64,000 bases of DNA from Marsupella aquatica (Eukaryota; Plantae; Marchantiophyta): NCBI GenBank assembly GCA_973895155.1, contig OZ316893.1, positions 21,002,955 through 21,066,954 of the forward strand. The letters are read 5' to 3'. The position numbers were made by a program, and so were the translations under genes. Below are positions 12,421-26,045 of this stretch, piece after piece. The notes under the pieces were generated by a model. The model was not told the DNA's origin, searched no databases, and was given only the letters and a program-made list of their open reading frames with translations. Position 1 is the first letter of the stretch, and every line of letters begins with the position of its first letter.

Positions 12421-14156
12421 CGCACCAACTTCTTCCAGCTTACATCAGAGGTAAAGACCGAGATATGAGTCAAAGTGCAATTAAGTTAGCCAATCTGGGA
12501 TTTCTGGAGATGTGAACACGTGTGATGTACCATACAACCACACTCGCTTCTTCGTACAACACTACTCCTGATTAGGTGTCCGTGTGATGATATTGCTAGG
12601 GGATTAACGACTGCAATTTAGAGGACATGAACGGAAGAGAACACATTTCAAGGGGAAGATGGAGGTTCCCAAGGAACGTGAGTCGCACGACCAGTAGGCG
12701 TTTCTTCCGTGCAGAAAGCCTCGTACGATCAGAAAGCACAAGAATGAGACAGTACAGCTCAAAACGACGTGTAACTCCAGGAAAGGCAAACCGTGCTTCG
12801 AGGTATTTCCCTCAAAGAATGAGAAGTGCACACGCGTGAGAACTTTCCTCGTTCTGTGAGAAGACACGAAGGGCCCATTCAAAACTCCAGAGCCCAAAAA
12901 CCCACTCACGTCACGCGACATTCAAACTCCGCATTGTACATGAAATAGCCCGTGAATGAATCTCCTACCCTTTCCAGTATGAAATTTTCGACAAGAATTA
13001 ACCCCGTGAAAGTCCAACCACGGACTTCGACGATGCCACCCGCGAATGTTGCCCTTCCATCCGAGGACTACAATAATTTATGTGGAGACAGGTGAGTCAG
13101 AGCAACTTCTTTTTGACTGAAGGCACTCAGGTGCAGCAACGAAACCAATGAGAATAATAACTCGTCAATAATTTAGAGGTGGTTGTTTGATACCTGATCT
13201 CTCGGTATTTAACTTTTGCCGGGTACAGTTCAATCGCAGTTTTCTAACTCGGCGGACACTTGGCCAACAACAAATTTCTGGGAAGAACGATCCTAGGACT
13301 CCATCTGTTGCAATTTGATAGTCAAATCTACCGACACGCTAAAGCAGCCACCACCACGTCCTATTTGTATATCAAGTCCATGCTGCGACCAACACCCATT
13401 TGGGACACACAACCGGACAGACTTGGAGCAGGAGAAGCAGCTCACAGTACGAATCTAACCACAGAGCGTGGCTTCCAAGCAACAGAGGGGTGTGCACGGA
13501 AAGAGACGAGGGAAGCGGAGTGATTTTGCACAGGAGGCAGCAATGGCAGGCTCTCACCTGGACTTTACCCCGAGTTAGTATAGTGGAGCGGAAGTGTGAA
13601 CTCCAGAGATGATGCCAGCCATACCAGCGAATTTGAATCGCAGCCATTGGCTCTCTTAAGAGGCCCACAGATATAACGTCATCAGGGTCTAGCTACGGGC
13701 TGCACCTAATTGAGAATTATGAAGGCCTGCTGAATGCATCCGCGCAATGACAACTTTTTCGAAGAGCTTCATCGTGTTTCTGACTGGCAACTCATCCTTG
13801 TGGATCTAACTACGCACAAGAATCACCTATACAAACCTACCAAAAGAATCATCATGACCATCCTTCAACTCTTAAAAACTTCTTCAAACTCGACACGAGA
13901 GCTAAGGTAAGGATTTATACAGAGTCAAGCGTCAATAATCTACAGGAATTCCTGACCGCCAGCGAACCAGTCATTGATCGAGGCACAACAACGCCATGCA
14001 ACGCAATGCACAGGAAGCGTAAGTTCTTCTGCATGAGCAGATATACTTTCCCAAGATCTGACCGGCGTCTGAGCACAATCAATGTCCGCAGCCGCAGAAG
14101 CAGTGAAAAGTGAAAAAGAAAGGGGTCAATTCTTGCCCCTCTACGAAGAGTGACTA

Positions 14157-15548
14157 TCACAAGATATCCCCCCGGGATCGAGGTCTGCTTCGACGCCTCC
14201 GGCTAGTAGAGCCGCCTAATCCTCCTTCTACATTTACATTGCTGCCATTGAGACTGCTGATCCCACCACCAATCCCACTCCCTTGGAAGTTCTCCCCCCA
14301 CAAGGCACCGCGCACCATCGGACTCCCGGCGGGTCCTCTAGATGATCGATTCGCCCGTGCTTGCAAGCCTCGTCCTCCACCGAACGGAGCAGTCGGCCCA
14401 AACACTTGGAACAGCAGAAACACAGTCCACCAATTGCCATCGTCCCCGGGAAAATCACTCTCGTCCCCTTCATCTTCATGTTCCTCCTCGTCATCGTCAA
14501 TTACGTAGTCTCCCAGCACTGTGGCCCCCGGCATGGCAGACCGGATGGTGCTGAGTACATCTCCCAGATCGCGCTGGCGCTCCAACCGTCGCCAATCGCG
14601 TTGCCTGGCAGGGTCAATGTCAGACGGTCGAGCCGAGGGATGCACTGCTCGCGCGTGCTCGCGCAGCTCTTTGTACGTGCCCGTAAAACTACAACCCTCC
14701 TGAGCGCATCCTCGTGGCTTCCGGTTCAGTTGGTGCCGAGCTGGCTCGATCACTTTCCAACCAAACACCTTGCCTCTGCAAAGTGGACACAACAAATCCG
14801 CCACTTCGGCGCCGGAATCGCCTGCCGAAGCAGCCCCGCTCGCAGCTCTCCCGTCGTCGTCAAGGCCCAAACTGGCAGCACCGCCAAGACTGATGGTGGG
14901 ATCGGCTCCCAAGAACTCTGCCCCGTCGCTTGCTCTGATGTCAGTTCCATGCAGCATGGCGAGCCCTCTCACCAGCGCAGGAGATGATACAGATGATGCA
15001 TTAGTCGACGACGATGACCGCTCGGCCGAGACCAATCTATCGTGCAGTGCTACAAGGCGGTTGTTAACTCCGGTAGCGTCTGTCCCCACCGCTGGGGGAA
15101 CAACTCTGCTGCCTCTAAGGCCTGTGATAGTAGTTTGTGGGCTAAAGCTGCGGAGAATTTCATTGGGTGTTTCTGGTGAGAAACCTCCCCCCGTTACGCT
15201 TTCTAAAGGGCTGCCTTCTGCTGAATTACTCTTGTCGTTGGCAGTCTTAGCCTTCCTATACTGATCGAGACAGTTGGAGTGGCGGTAGCTGGTGTCACAC
15301 ATGTACGGGCGACATCCATTGTCGTGCGAACTGCATTGCAAGAGGACTGCATTGTGCGGACACTCCATGCAAATTGGACATGTCGATTCTTCCCAGTCTT
15401 TCCTCGTCGAACTTTCTTCCCCTCCTCCCCCTTCTTTTGAAGAGCTTCCTTGCGAAACCCCTCCTCTTCCATTCGTGGAATATGGGCCCCTACAGAGCGA
15501 CCCTCTCGATTTTGGTGACAGTATCCGGCCACTCGGATCCTTAGGCAT
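14157..15548 (-). CDS. DUF1644 family plant zinc-finger protein (463 aa)
   Basis: Intact ORF with the family motifs WEESTCPICMECPHNAVLLQCSSHDNGCRPYMCDTSYRHSNCLDQY, LLCPLCRGKVFGW, GCAQEGCSFTGTYKELREHARAVHPSARPSDIDP and DLGDVLSTIRSAMPGATVLGDYVI. A likely 5'-UTR intron acceptor (TTGTCTCTCAG) lies at 15595. Confidence 0.93.
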   Translation of the reverse strand: MPKDPSGRILSPKSRGSLCRGPYSTNGRGGVSQGSSSKEGGGGEESSTRKDWEESTCPICMECPHNAVLLQCSSHDNGCRPYMCDTSYRHSNCLDQYRKAKTANDKSNSAEGSPLESVTGGGFSPETPNEILRSFSPQTTITGLRGSRVVPPAVGTDATGVNNRLVALHDRLVSAERSSSSTNASSVSSPALVRGLAMLHGTDIRASDGAEFLGADPTISLGGAASLGLDDDGRAASGAASAGDSGAEVADLLCPLCRGKVFGWKVIEPARHQLNRKPRGCAQEGCSFTGTYKELREHARAVHPSARPSDIDPARQRDWRRLERQRDLGDVLSTIRSAMPGATVLGDYVIDDDEEEHEDEGDESDFPGDDGNWWTVFLLFQVFGPTAPFGGGRGLQARANRSSRGPAGSPMVRGALWGENFQGSGIGGGISSLNGSNVNVEGGLGGSTSRRRRSRPRSRGDIL

Positions 15549-18500
15549 TTTGTTAATTCGTTTCGTTATCTTCTTCTTTATCTATTGACACACGCTGAGA
15601 GACAACATCCCACCGCACAGAAAACACAGAATCAGTAAACTTTGCATAACCAACGAAATGTATCATATCAACATGTTCGATGCCAAGACTTCGATACTCC
15701 AACAAATCTCATCAGGTCAATATGGCCAAAAGGGAAAGAATGAGTTCTCAAGGTCCACAAGTCCCATCCTTTCTAGAGGCACATGGAGAAAATGGGAGTA
15801 TTACAGCCAAAACAGACCAGACTCGGGACTCGAACCAACCCACCCTAACATACAAACACAAGCACTCCGGCCATAAGAAAAGAACTTCGGCAAGAGACAA
15901 GAGAACGGGCACATGGATTGATGGCCAACATGTTGCTCTGACGATAAACCACACACTGCAGATATTACACGCATAACCAAAACCCGATATCAACGTCAAC
16001 TTAGATCTTGCTCACATTGGGAAAAGAGAGGCAGCCCTAAGAACAAAAGGAGATTAGAGCTGACGAACAACAGCATCCACGGTACCCTATCGCACCCAAA
16101 AAGAGAACACCTAGACTGCTCATCCTGGGACAAACGTGCAAGTAATGCGACTAGGCCAGCGGCCGAGCATCCCAACGTATTCACGGCCCGACCAAATTGG
16201 AGAAAGGAAAATCTATCCTTGCCCGAAGAAATGGAAATCAGTCGAGTCCGAAGAAATTGGAAAAACGCAAAGCGAAACTAGAATAACTGTCACATGCCAG
16301 AGACCAAAGAGAAACAGGGCATGGTGAAGGTAGACCTATGTATTGGAGTCGCCTTCCACGGACATTCTGGATGCAAATTCATCGAGGAAAGAGATCATGG
16401 GATGGCACGTTCGGGACAAGATGTGCGTGGGAACAGGGAACAATCAGCGAGGAAGAAAGTTCACAACAGGCTTCTCGAAATTACGAGGGGATGGTTTGCA
16501 CACAGACAGCCAGATAGGCAACCACCCAACCTACACCGCTTGGAGAGGTCTGTCCACCTCTACGGAAAGAGGAGGCGCCTTTCTGACCCTATCGGCGACT
16601 CGGAGAACAAATGTATAACATTAAAGCCGTAATCGATGGCGTAAGCTTCAAGAAAAAGAAAAAATGAACGACATGGACAGCAGTGACCAAAATTAGCTTA
16701 GTAAGGGCGCTTGCGTAAGGATCAAGTCGGAAAAGGACAAAGAAAAGAACGAAAATCCAATACAGCGAACAAATGTCTAAGTTATCCCTTGTTCAAAACA
16801 GGGAATCAATAACCTCGGGAACGATGATGAACCCATCCAGACGGAACAATGGGAACGAGCCATGAGGGACAACATAATAACTTGAGATCCCGTTCGAGAC
16901 CTTTATTCAAAGACGACGATTACAACGGCGTATATCACGACTCCTTAGGGGTATCCAACCATCAGTGGGAGAAAGATGACAATCCAAGCCTCTCAAGCAT
17001 GAGATAGATAAACAGTGTATACATATGCAACCCACCACCGACCCCCGGATGCAACCAATTTCCTTCAACGAGAAGGAACAGCTTCAGCCAACAATAAGGT
17101 GTGTACTCCAATCGAGACAGCACGACGGTCCAGACGTAAGCCCTCGTTCGAACCTTCGATCGCTCTCCAGCCAGCCAAATAGACTCTCCTCTCCTCTCCT
17201 CTCGCCCGCTGCTCTTTCGAAAAAACAGCAACAACCACAGCAGTGCAACCAACCACCGACCTCAAGGCCAAGTACCAACAGCAGTCTCCAACAGATCCGC
17301 GTCGGTCCTCCCTCTCTCCCGGCTTGCAAGCCGTCGTTCCAAATCAAACCCTTTCTCTCCGTATCAATCCCTCTCTCTCCACATCAACCCCTCACCACCA
17401 TCCGACTGCACTCCACACCAAAGCAAATCGAATCCCCAAGACAAAGCAACGCCTGGCAAGTCTAGCAACACAAGTCCCGCAATCCCTGTATACAAGTTAG
17501 ATCGGTCTCTCCTCTCGATCTTCTCCCCTCTCCACCCCACTCCATCCCACCCTCCCCCGATGCAACAAGAATCACAACCACCACCGACGCACCTCTCCTC
17601 GTTCGTCGGCTCTCTTGCTCACTCCCTCCCTTGCTTCTTCGTTTTGTCGAGAACCGAACCGCAAAATTATGTTGACACCTCTCCTGCGGTTGCGTGCCCT
17701 CAGCGATCCTCCGCCGTGCCGGCATGCAAGCAAACAACCTCCCGAATCCAATCGATCTCCCCACCCCTCCACTGAGCAAAATAACAGCGACGTCCTTCAA
17801 CGCCACCTCCTCACGACATCCATCCCCTCGTCCTTCTCCTCTCCTCCGCTCCTCTCGGTGCTCCTCTCTTTCCCTTCCTGAGCTCTGCTGCGATGATGAT
17901 GGATCGCAGCAACGACCCCGCAACTATGGCTGCTCGACTCGCTCCCGTCGCTCTTCTCTTTCCCTATACGGTACTCCTCCTCCTGGACTTTTTACCCTCA
18001 CCTCACATCACCTCCCCTCGCCTCACAGCATACGCACACACACAGTGCATCACTCTGGGAGTCTGGGCCGACGGACAGAATAGGAGCGGCAAGCTAGAGG
18101 AGACAGGCCGCACCACGCAGCAGCCACCACGCCGCGCCCGACCCGTCCTGCGGGAGATACGAGAGAGGGTGTCACCATACTAATCTAATCTAATCTAATC
18201 ATCTATTTTTTACTCTTTGGCACGCCAGAGCCCCCCCCCCCCCATCCCGTGTCGCCCCTCCCTGCCCCTCCCCCGCCACGAAGGTCCGTCTCCTTGATGG
18301 AACCAGAGAGTTTAGCAGTGATAAAGTAAGCTGCTTCGTTCGAAAGACTGGGAGTGGGGGTGGGCCAGGCGGAACGGACAGGGGGACGGAGAGGGTCAGG
18401 GCGGGGCCACAAAGCGGGGCCAGGAGGGGGCGATTCCGAATTCCGAGCAAGGCCAGGGGCGCTCTCATGTGGGAGTGGCAGGTGGGAGCGACCGACGGCG

Positions 18501-21500
18501 CGACTACCGCATGACAATGATGGTTTATGAAAATGATATTTTGTATCACAAAAAATTGAGACTTCTACAGCGGGTTCTTTTCCGTTTTTCGTTTTCTGAA
18601 AAGGAGAACGCTCCTATGACAATGCATAACAAACCCTGAAGGAGCTTGCAATCCGGGAATTGTGTTTATGTAAATAGTATTTTTGATCTAATTCTTACAT
18701 TATTGAAAGTGTCTATGATGCATACTTTCTAATAGAGCAGTATCAAAAGCTAAGGTAAGGGCCTATAATTTACACTGAAGCCTCTAAACTCTGACTCTGG
18801 GACACAGGCATGGTTTGGGTTTTGCGAAAACAGACAATGATACTCACCATCCATCTATGAGCAAAAGTTGAGCATTCAGGCTAATGCTACATTATATTTG
18901 CTCAGATACCCTACACTGCTTGAGATCTTAGGGTTTCTTTTCAAGAAAGGAAACCACGTCCATCTAGGTCTGGGAGAACCCTTGATCACATGTATGGGCC
19001 CACATGCCTGATGTACATCCCTCATTTATTAAATTGGGCTTTCTCCTCATGGGAGGACTTATGCTGGTTGCAACACATAATTCCTAGGGCAGGCTTTGCC
19101 TTCATTTCTTAAAAAACCCATTAAAACAAAAACAACACATTGAGACAAGATATCTCAGCAAAACATTAATATGACACCCAGGAAAGGTTCATTATAAATG
19201 AAATATTCAATGGAAGTTTTCATAAAACAAATTCTAGCACGACATGCAACCTGGAAGCTGTATTGCCCCAAAGCAAGAGCTTCTCTATTGTAGGCTGCTA
19301 CATGGAGAAGGACTCTAAGTTACAGTAGCTGGATGGAGGCAAGAATTAAGACCACCTTCCTCCACTATTGTACTTGTTGAAAAGTCATCCAGTACAATTA
19401 GCTTGTATTCTGCGTTATACTTACTTGAATCAAACGTTGTATCATCTCAATGACAGGTGTCATTCCTGCCTACATGACAACCAGCTGGTCTAGGTAGTTA
19501 CACTCCTCGTGAATGCATAGTGACACAAGCATGGGAATCCAAGGAGCAAATATTGTCCCAAAAGCTAAGCACGTATGCAAACCCCTCGACCTTTTTGTAA
19601 AAGTCGCCTTGCATTTCAATATTCCATTTTTTTCTTGGAAAACTTTTAAACAATCCCATATTCTAATGCTCCTGTAGCAATGTTGTCACCACCAGGAAGT
19701 ATGTGGACTCTCAGGCATCGGAATACTTTGTGAAGTCACTTGCAGCGTGATCAAATACTGGTTACAGGTGTGCAGATTTTCCAGTTGTGGATGAGTTTTA
19801 TGTCATAGAGTGTGTGTAAAACTTCTTCTTAGAAATTGGACAATGTTTTTTTAAAGCGCCACTGTCCCCTAAGCACAACCTGGCGGATCAAGTTTATTAA
19901 AATAAATCAAAAAATGTGCTCAAAACAATAAAAAAAGTGCTCTATTTACGGACCCCACTAGAGGTTCCTTCCAAAATTCCTGGCACCACAGCGTGCCACG
20001 TCAGCAACAACCGCAACAAACAAGAATGGTCATGTTTGCGCAACGAATAAACTCCTCTCCATCTTGTTTACGTCACTTTTCGTGTAATTTTATGGACGCC
20101 ATGCCGTCAAAACATAATGTAAAAGTAAATAAAAGTTCATCCAAATCTATTGATACAAAGGGCGAGATTAAAAACATTCACCCATATTCTCTTTACTTAA
20201 ATTTATAAATGTTTTTTTATAAAAGTAAATAGTGTTCAACGTAAACAGTAACCGTATTCCTGTGTAACTGCCGAAATAAAACTGTCGGAACAAAAGAAGC
20301 ACATCAACATTTCGAAAGGGAGGAAGGCTTTTGATGAAAGTAATGAAAAGAGGAAAGCTCGAAAGGAGTTTTGCCTCTTGAATTGCAAAGTAAAGAGGAA
20401 TGTTGGAGAAACAAAATAAAAAAAGATCAGAAGCCGAATGAAGAAAGGAAAAATGAGAACTGATCGAGGATAGAAAAGAGGCGCAGCACATCTTAATCAG
20501 AAACAAATAGATCGAGCAGAAAGAAGGAGAAGCAAAGAGAATCGATAAGGACATTGAGAAGATCGATAAGGACTGATCGACCTCAACTACTCTAGCAGAT
20601 CACTGAAGCTCAACGTAGTAGTCCACTAATCGAATAAAAACAGGTGGGGGTCCACGAACTAATTTGTCCTCCCTAACCTGGTGGACAGTGGTGGTTTAAA
20701 TCTAATGTGCGGCCTGCAGAACTAATTAAACAAATATGTTAATATTTTCAGTACTACCTGAAAAAAATCCATACATGGATGTGTATGAAAACTATAATTG
20801 TTGAAGGGAAAGTGATCTTTCACTATAGATTGTGATGAAAAATGTGCATAGACAAGGTGATGCATGCTATATGCAACTTGACCAATCTAGGCCCACCATT
20901 TCCTTTAAATCACTCACCCTATTATTCATAACAAAACTTTATTGCCACAACCTCTTCATAATATAGCTAACCCACAAACATCAAGATCAATTTGTCAGAC
21001 ACCCACTATGAATTGTGGACAAGAGTTATAAGCTTGGATAGGTTCTCCATCAGATGTTCTGGTTGGACAGGCTTCCTAAGCTTATATAAAATGTCTAGAA
21101 ACATATAGTTTTAGCATCAAAATTCAAAGGTTAAGATGTGTTTATACAAGACCATTAAACAAAAATTTAAAAAGTTGAATGGTTTAGGTGTTTGTTAGGA
21201 TGTTTGAAGATTTAGGTTGGAAAAATTGGACATGCCGCTCCAACTTTATGACCCATACAATAGATTTCTTGGGAAGAAGAATTCATGGCCAAACTAGTTT
21301 TGCTGGGGTCCTTTTCTGAGGGTTTTGGAGCGTTTTCCATCTTGTGTGCACCATCCCTGTTGCATTTTAAATTGTGCTTTTTGGTGTAGGTCAACAAATC
21401 AAGCCACGTGCTTAAAGGGTCTTGTCTGATCTGCCCTCCTGCATTTTTTAACACAGGACTCTGTCAATTAAAGAACTAATTGCCTTTACTCCTTCACGCC

Positions 21501-24500
21501 AGTGGTCCTTCTTGCCACTTCAGTCTAATTTCTAAGGATTATTCTGACATTTTAAGGTTTTCCTCGTATCTTCTATGGTAACTCTCTCTTCTCCTTGGGT
21601 TTCTGTCTTTATGTAATTCTAAGAATTTCCAAACTTTGGGTACTTCATTCAGAGAATTTATATTCGTGAAACATACTTTTTTGGGGTCTGGAGTTCATCT
21701 GAATAGCAAGAAGTGACCCTCTAGTTTGTTCTGGTGAACAAAAAAGCTACAAATACCCCCACGTAAAGCCACTTCACTTCTTTGCCCTCCCCTCAAAATA
21801 AATGCAAAATGACAAATATAAATATAAGATATTGTCTGCTCAAGGAGAAAAACTTGGTGAAGGTCCTGCCCTTCTTGTTGGTCTGTTCCCTTCTGGTCTC
21901 CGTTTCTTGGCTCCACGGCCCACGCATCCCCTGGGTCAGCAGCATCGGCCTGTCCTTCCATACAGTCCATGAACTATGGAACTGTAGAGTGCCAGTTCCA
22001 TGGTGGGTAGGAGACCATACTAGGGGCGGATCGGGTTGGTCGGGGTGATAGCCTTGGGGGCATACTTACAGGGGGCGAGGTGCTTGGGGTGGTTGCGGAC
22101 CCGGGGTCCTCACTTCTTTTCTTCCGGCCCATCACACGCAAATAAGTATAGGGTATTTTATTGGGTTTAGTAAAATACTTTTAAATTTTTATTCCAATTT
22201 TGAGAATTATAAGAATCATAAGGTTTTTTTAAATCAAATTTGGGAATATTCTTGGAATATTCCATTAAATTAGGGGTAAAAATTTCCTAAAAAAAACTTT
22301 GTTGACTTGAACTTTTAGGGTGTTTATTTCCCCCAAAACTTTGCGCGTGATATGGGACACCCCTTGGAATTGAGGCCCTGAGGTCGCGGATGAGGCCAGG
22401 GCAGCCCAAACTCCCTGAAGACCCCCAAGGGACGAGACGGGAGGTGCAATCGCAAGTCTGGGACTGCCAAAGCATAGATAGACACGTACCCAAATCTCGG
22501 GTCTGAGCAGTGCGGTCTGGCTCACAAGTACTTCACGGACGTCATTACTATTATTATAAGCATGAATTCGTTGGCTTCGAGCAATAGGTCTACTTTGAAG
22601 TAAAAGAAAGGAATGGTACATCCAAGAATTACTATCAAAGTAACTCAAAATGGATGCGAGGTTGCAATTACCAGTTTCAGAAAGATTGAGATGACATTCT
22701 CCGTAATGGAAGGGCATGAAACGCACACCACCTTTGTCTCAGGCCCACCAGATGGGAAATGGAACAACACCCAAAGACCTGCAAGGTACAGGTTCGTCGA
22801 TACCATTAGAGCAGTCGGATCTTTTGTATTTGTATTGCAAAATTTCATGACAAAAACATATAGTGATTGGTTTTGTTTTTCTAGGGACAACTTTTAATCA
22901 CTTTGCCACTAACGATATTCTAATCACAATATTGTCACCATTTTTTGGTATTTATAAAAATGTCATGGTTCGATATACGGATGACAAATTTGCCAAGGTA
23001 ATCAGGGGAACTTTATACGAAAACCATGACATTTTTATAATTACAAAAAAATAGTGACAGTATTGTAAATTCAAACATCTTTAGTGACAATGTACTTAAA
23101 AATTGGGTTGACCCAAAGTACTACATTAATAAGGGTAAAATTGAGGCCCAGTGTTAGGGATAGTTAGAGTGATTGGGAGTTACCTATCTTGAATTACAGA
23201 AAGTTAACTATTCCCGAAACGGTCCAACCGGATTTCTTACCTAACTTGGTTGGTAGTCTTATGATCAATTTTTTGTTGTCCTTTTGACAGAGGGTCAACA
23301 TTTTACCGTTAATTTGCTTGCATTGCCGACCTGGATCATGGGTCACTGAAGTGCACCAACTGGTGACCGGTGCAATCTGATGGAATTACTTTGGATGTGA
23401 CAAAACAGAGTAGCCAGGCAAACTCGAGGGGACAAGCAATAGCCAATGAGAACCGACAAGGAAGGGATGCTGCTCACGACTTCCTCTCTATTCAGAGGGC
23501 AACATGGAAACCATAATAATACCAAAGTCAAAAAGCATGTGCTCACTACCTGGCATTCCAAAAGAGTTGATTGCAAATTGATGAAGGAAGCCCATACATA
23601 TATCGTTGCCAATGAGGCACACAAGTCTGTATGCTAGACTACTGCCAGGACTGGTTCAGTTGCAAAACTGCAGGGGAGCTCTGGATTTATTGTGTGGGGC
23701 AAAAGGCGACACTCTACGCTAGTGGCAGGTTTTCCACATACTAGGGCTCTGCAGTAACTGAAAGGCTAGGTGAAAACAGGCTCTCTACCAGTGATCAATC
23801 TACTCATGCAGCATATTTGAGGGTCAAATGAAGGTAATATCTGTCAACAATTGGAAAGAGCCAGCGAACATTTCTGAGATCCACCCAAAATATCAATGAG
23901 TGAATATCTGAATCACCACAGTATGTATTTAATTGAGATTGCACAAAGGCTGGGAAGCCTTATCTACACGCTGAACACATTGTCCTGAGCAGGTCGCAAT
24001 TGGGAAAACCAATTCATGGCCGCTGGAATTGACTCAATCGACATGACTAGCTCGTTCCGCGGTTCTAAGAATGTAAGTTTGCAATACAAAATAAGGCTGA
24101 TAAGCTCAATCATATGTTAGGTCCTAGCATATGATTCAATATCGGTCTCATGCTGCCTGGTGTAAAATTCAAGGTGCAACTGATGATACATAATGTCGGT
24201 TTGAATGCTTGTGGAGCAAAGATTGTCTCCCATGTGGAGCACAATGGACCGACTTTTGCTTGCCATCCAACATTTGCAATCCACTCTTAGATTGTAGCTC
24301 CTTCATACAAACGACAAACAACACTTCCTTTGTTTCCTGCTCTCATTTCATTTACATGACTTGTATGGAGATCGGCAAGTATTCTTAAACTACTTGAGGT
24401 AGCAGGAACCCTGCAGCTAGGTATTTTCTCATTTAAAAATATTAGTTATGAACCCAACTTTAGGGCGGAACCCACCCAAACTGTATTGACTTTCTTTGGC

Positions 24501-24597
24501 TCTTTCAATAGAAGTTTTGGGTAATTCCCTTCTTAATTCTCATCCTACGGTTGTTTTTCCTTCATTCATTTGTCCCTTTGGACACTATTCCTTTTCT

Positions 24598-24781
24598 TTT
24601 TTTGCCTTGAAAACCAAAAGCAGAGCCCATCCAACAAAGGACAGACTTTCTGCTCTAGAGCATGCAATTCCATATGGTTGCCACAAGGGATGATACCCAG
24701 GGATCCAACAGGACCCAGACCAGGAGGGAAGGGGTTAAACCAGGACCCCAAAGCAAATCAGCCAGGGGCTAAAGAGTAACC

Positions 24782-24829
<48 letters not shown>

Positions 24830-24900
24830 TGTGGAGAGGGCATTGAACCTGGGACTTCTCCCTCTAGGCTAATTCCCTGGCCAACTCACCGGAGCGAATT
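24598..24900 (-). mobile_element. Putative tRNA-derived SINE with an internal (TG)n tract
   Basis: Minus strand shows a weak A-box-like sequence near 24881-24893, a B-box GGTTCAATGCC at 24839-24849, then (TG)21 and an A-rich tail near 24592-24603. Imperfect flanking direct repeats: GACACTATTCCTTTTCTT and GACACTGTTCCTTCTCTT. Confidence 0.45.
24783..24824. repeat. (AC)21 microsatellite
   Basis: Seen directly in sequence. Confidence 0.95.
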
Positions 24901-25900
24901 GTCTTTGACACTGTTCCTTCTCTTCCTTAAAGGTGTAAGCAGATCTTTGACTTTCTTGATATTAGATGACTGATAAAAGAATTCTTTGTTTCCACACTGT
25001 CTTTGCAAGATCCCAATAGTATTGCTATGTACACTTGGAACCCATCATAGCTTGGGGTGCAAATTAGCTAACTCTCACCCATGAGAGAGTATGTTTTTAT
25101 ATATGAAGAGAACTTCAAATATAGGTCTTGAGGCATGTGATTGTGTGTTGTTCTTTGTAATCTAAGCTTTCAAATTTCAAACTCTTCCTTAAAAATTTTC
25201 AAGCTTGGGTTCCAATCAACAGTTTCACAGTAAGTTCAAATTTTCCTTTCAATCTTATCCTATTGCTCATTCTGTAACCAAGGTCTCAATGTTTTGCAAA
25301 GGACAAAATTAAATAACTTCATTGTCACTGTAACCAGGCATGACTCATAACCACAACTAGTAAGGGAAACACCAAGCAGAATTTGAGACAGTGAGTGGTT
25401 AAGTTCAAATGTACACAGACATGTACATCCTCATTGCCAGCTCTCAGCCACCTTGAGATCTTGTGGCTCCTGTTTCAGGGAGTCACTCTTATTTCTGTTG
25501 TAATCCTTTGATTCTAATGTTGGTTCTTTTTTTTTATTTGTCTCAAGTGCAGATGGTTAATCCTTTGATGGGATTTTTGCTAGTGAACACTTACTCAGAT
25601 CTTTATCTTGTTGGATCTCTTCCTGTTCCCTTGACTGAGTTTGGCCCTCACTTAAGCGGTAGTTGTTTTGTAGGATTTCTTTGGGTGTGTAACTTGATTT
25701 GTTGCCTTGCACCTGTAGTTACTGTTATTACCTTTCCCCTCGCGACTGAACGTGTTTGGTTGCTGAGTGGTTTGTGGCCTTTGTGCCGGTTTGGGTGCGG
25801 CCTTTTACTACCGGTGTGTTATTGGGTTTTCCTTTTTGTACAAGTAGAGTTAGATTTCCCCAAGTACAAATCCCGTAAGTGCAAAACCTGGATGCTTTGA

Positions 25901-26045
25901 GTCCCACCAAGCATAGCTAAGTGGTAGCGATCTTCCTCACTCCAGGGCAGGGAGATTTTGAGTTCAAATTCATAGGTCCCACCAAGCATAGCTAAGTGGT
26001 AGCGTTCTTCATTAGAGCAAGTGAGATTTCTAGTTCAAATTTCAT
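25901..26045 (+). other. Two tandem tRNA-like/SINE-head units with Pol III A and B boxes
   Basis: GTCCCACCAAGCATAGCTAAGTGGTAGCG is identical at 25901 and 25976. The A-box TAGCTAAGTGG fits TRGCNNAGYGG, and AGTTCAAAT is B-box-like. No acceptor stem, so not an intact tRNA. Confidence 0.55.

Noticed and set aside
14110-15588. Several plus-strand ORFs overlapping DUF1644
   Set aside because: Shadow ORFs of a GC-rich coding sequence.
17025-18549. Cluster of 80-150 aa ORFs on both strands
   Set aside because: Low-complexity CT/GA-rich leader and promoter sequence with no recognisable protein.
19200-24420. Possible transposase or gene remnants (19200-19880, 21200-22150, 23300-24420)
   Set aside because: Coding-like patches, but no motif I could identify with confidence; needs BLASTX.
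25901-26045. Functional tRNA genes
   Set aside because: No 7-bp acceptor stem, no canonical anticodon arm and no terminator T-run.
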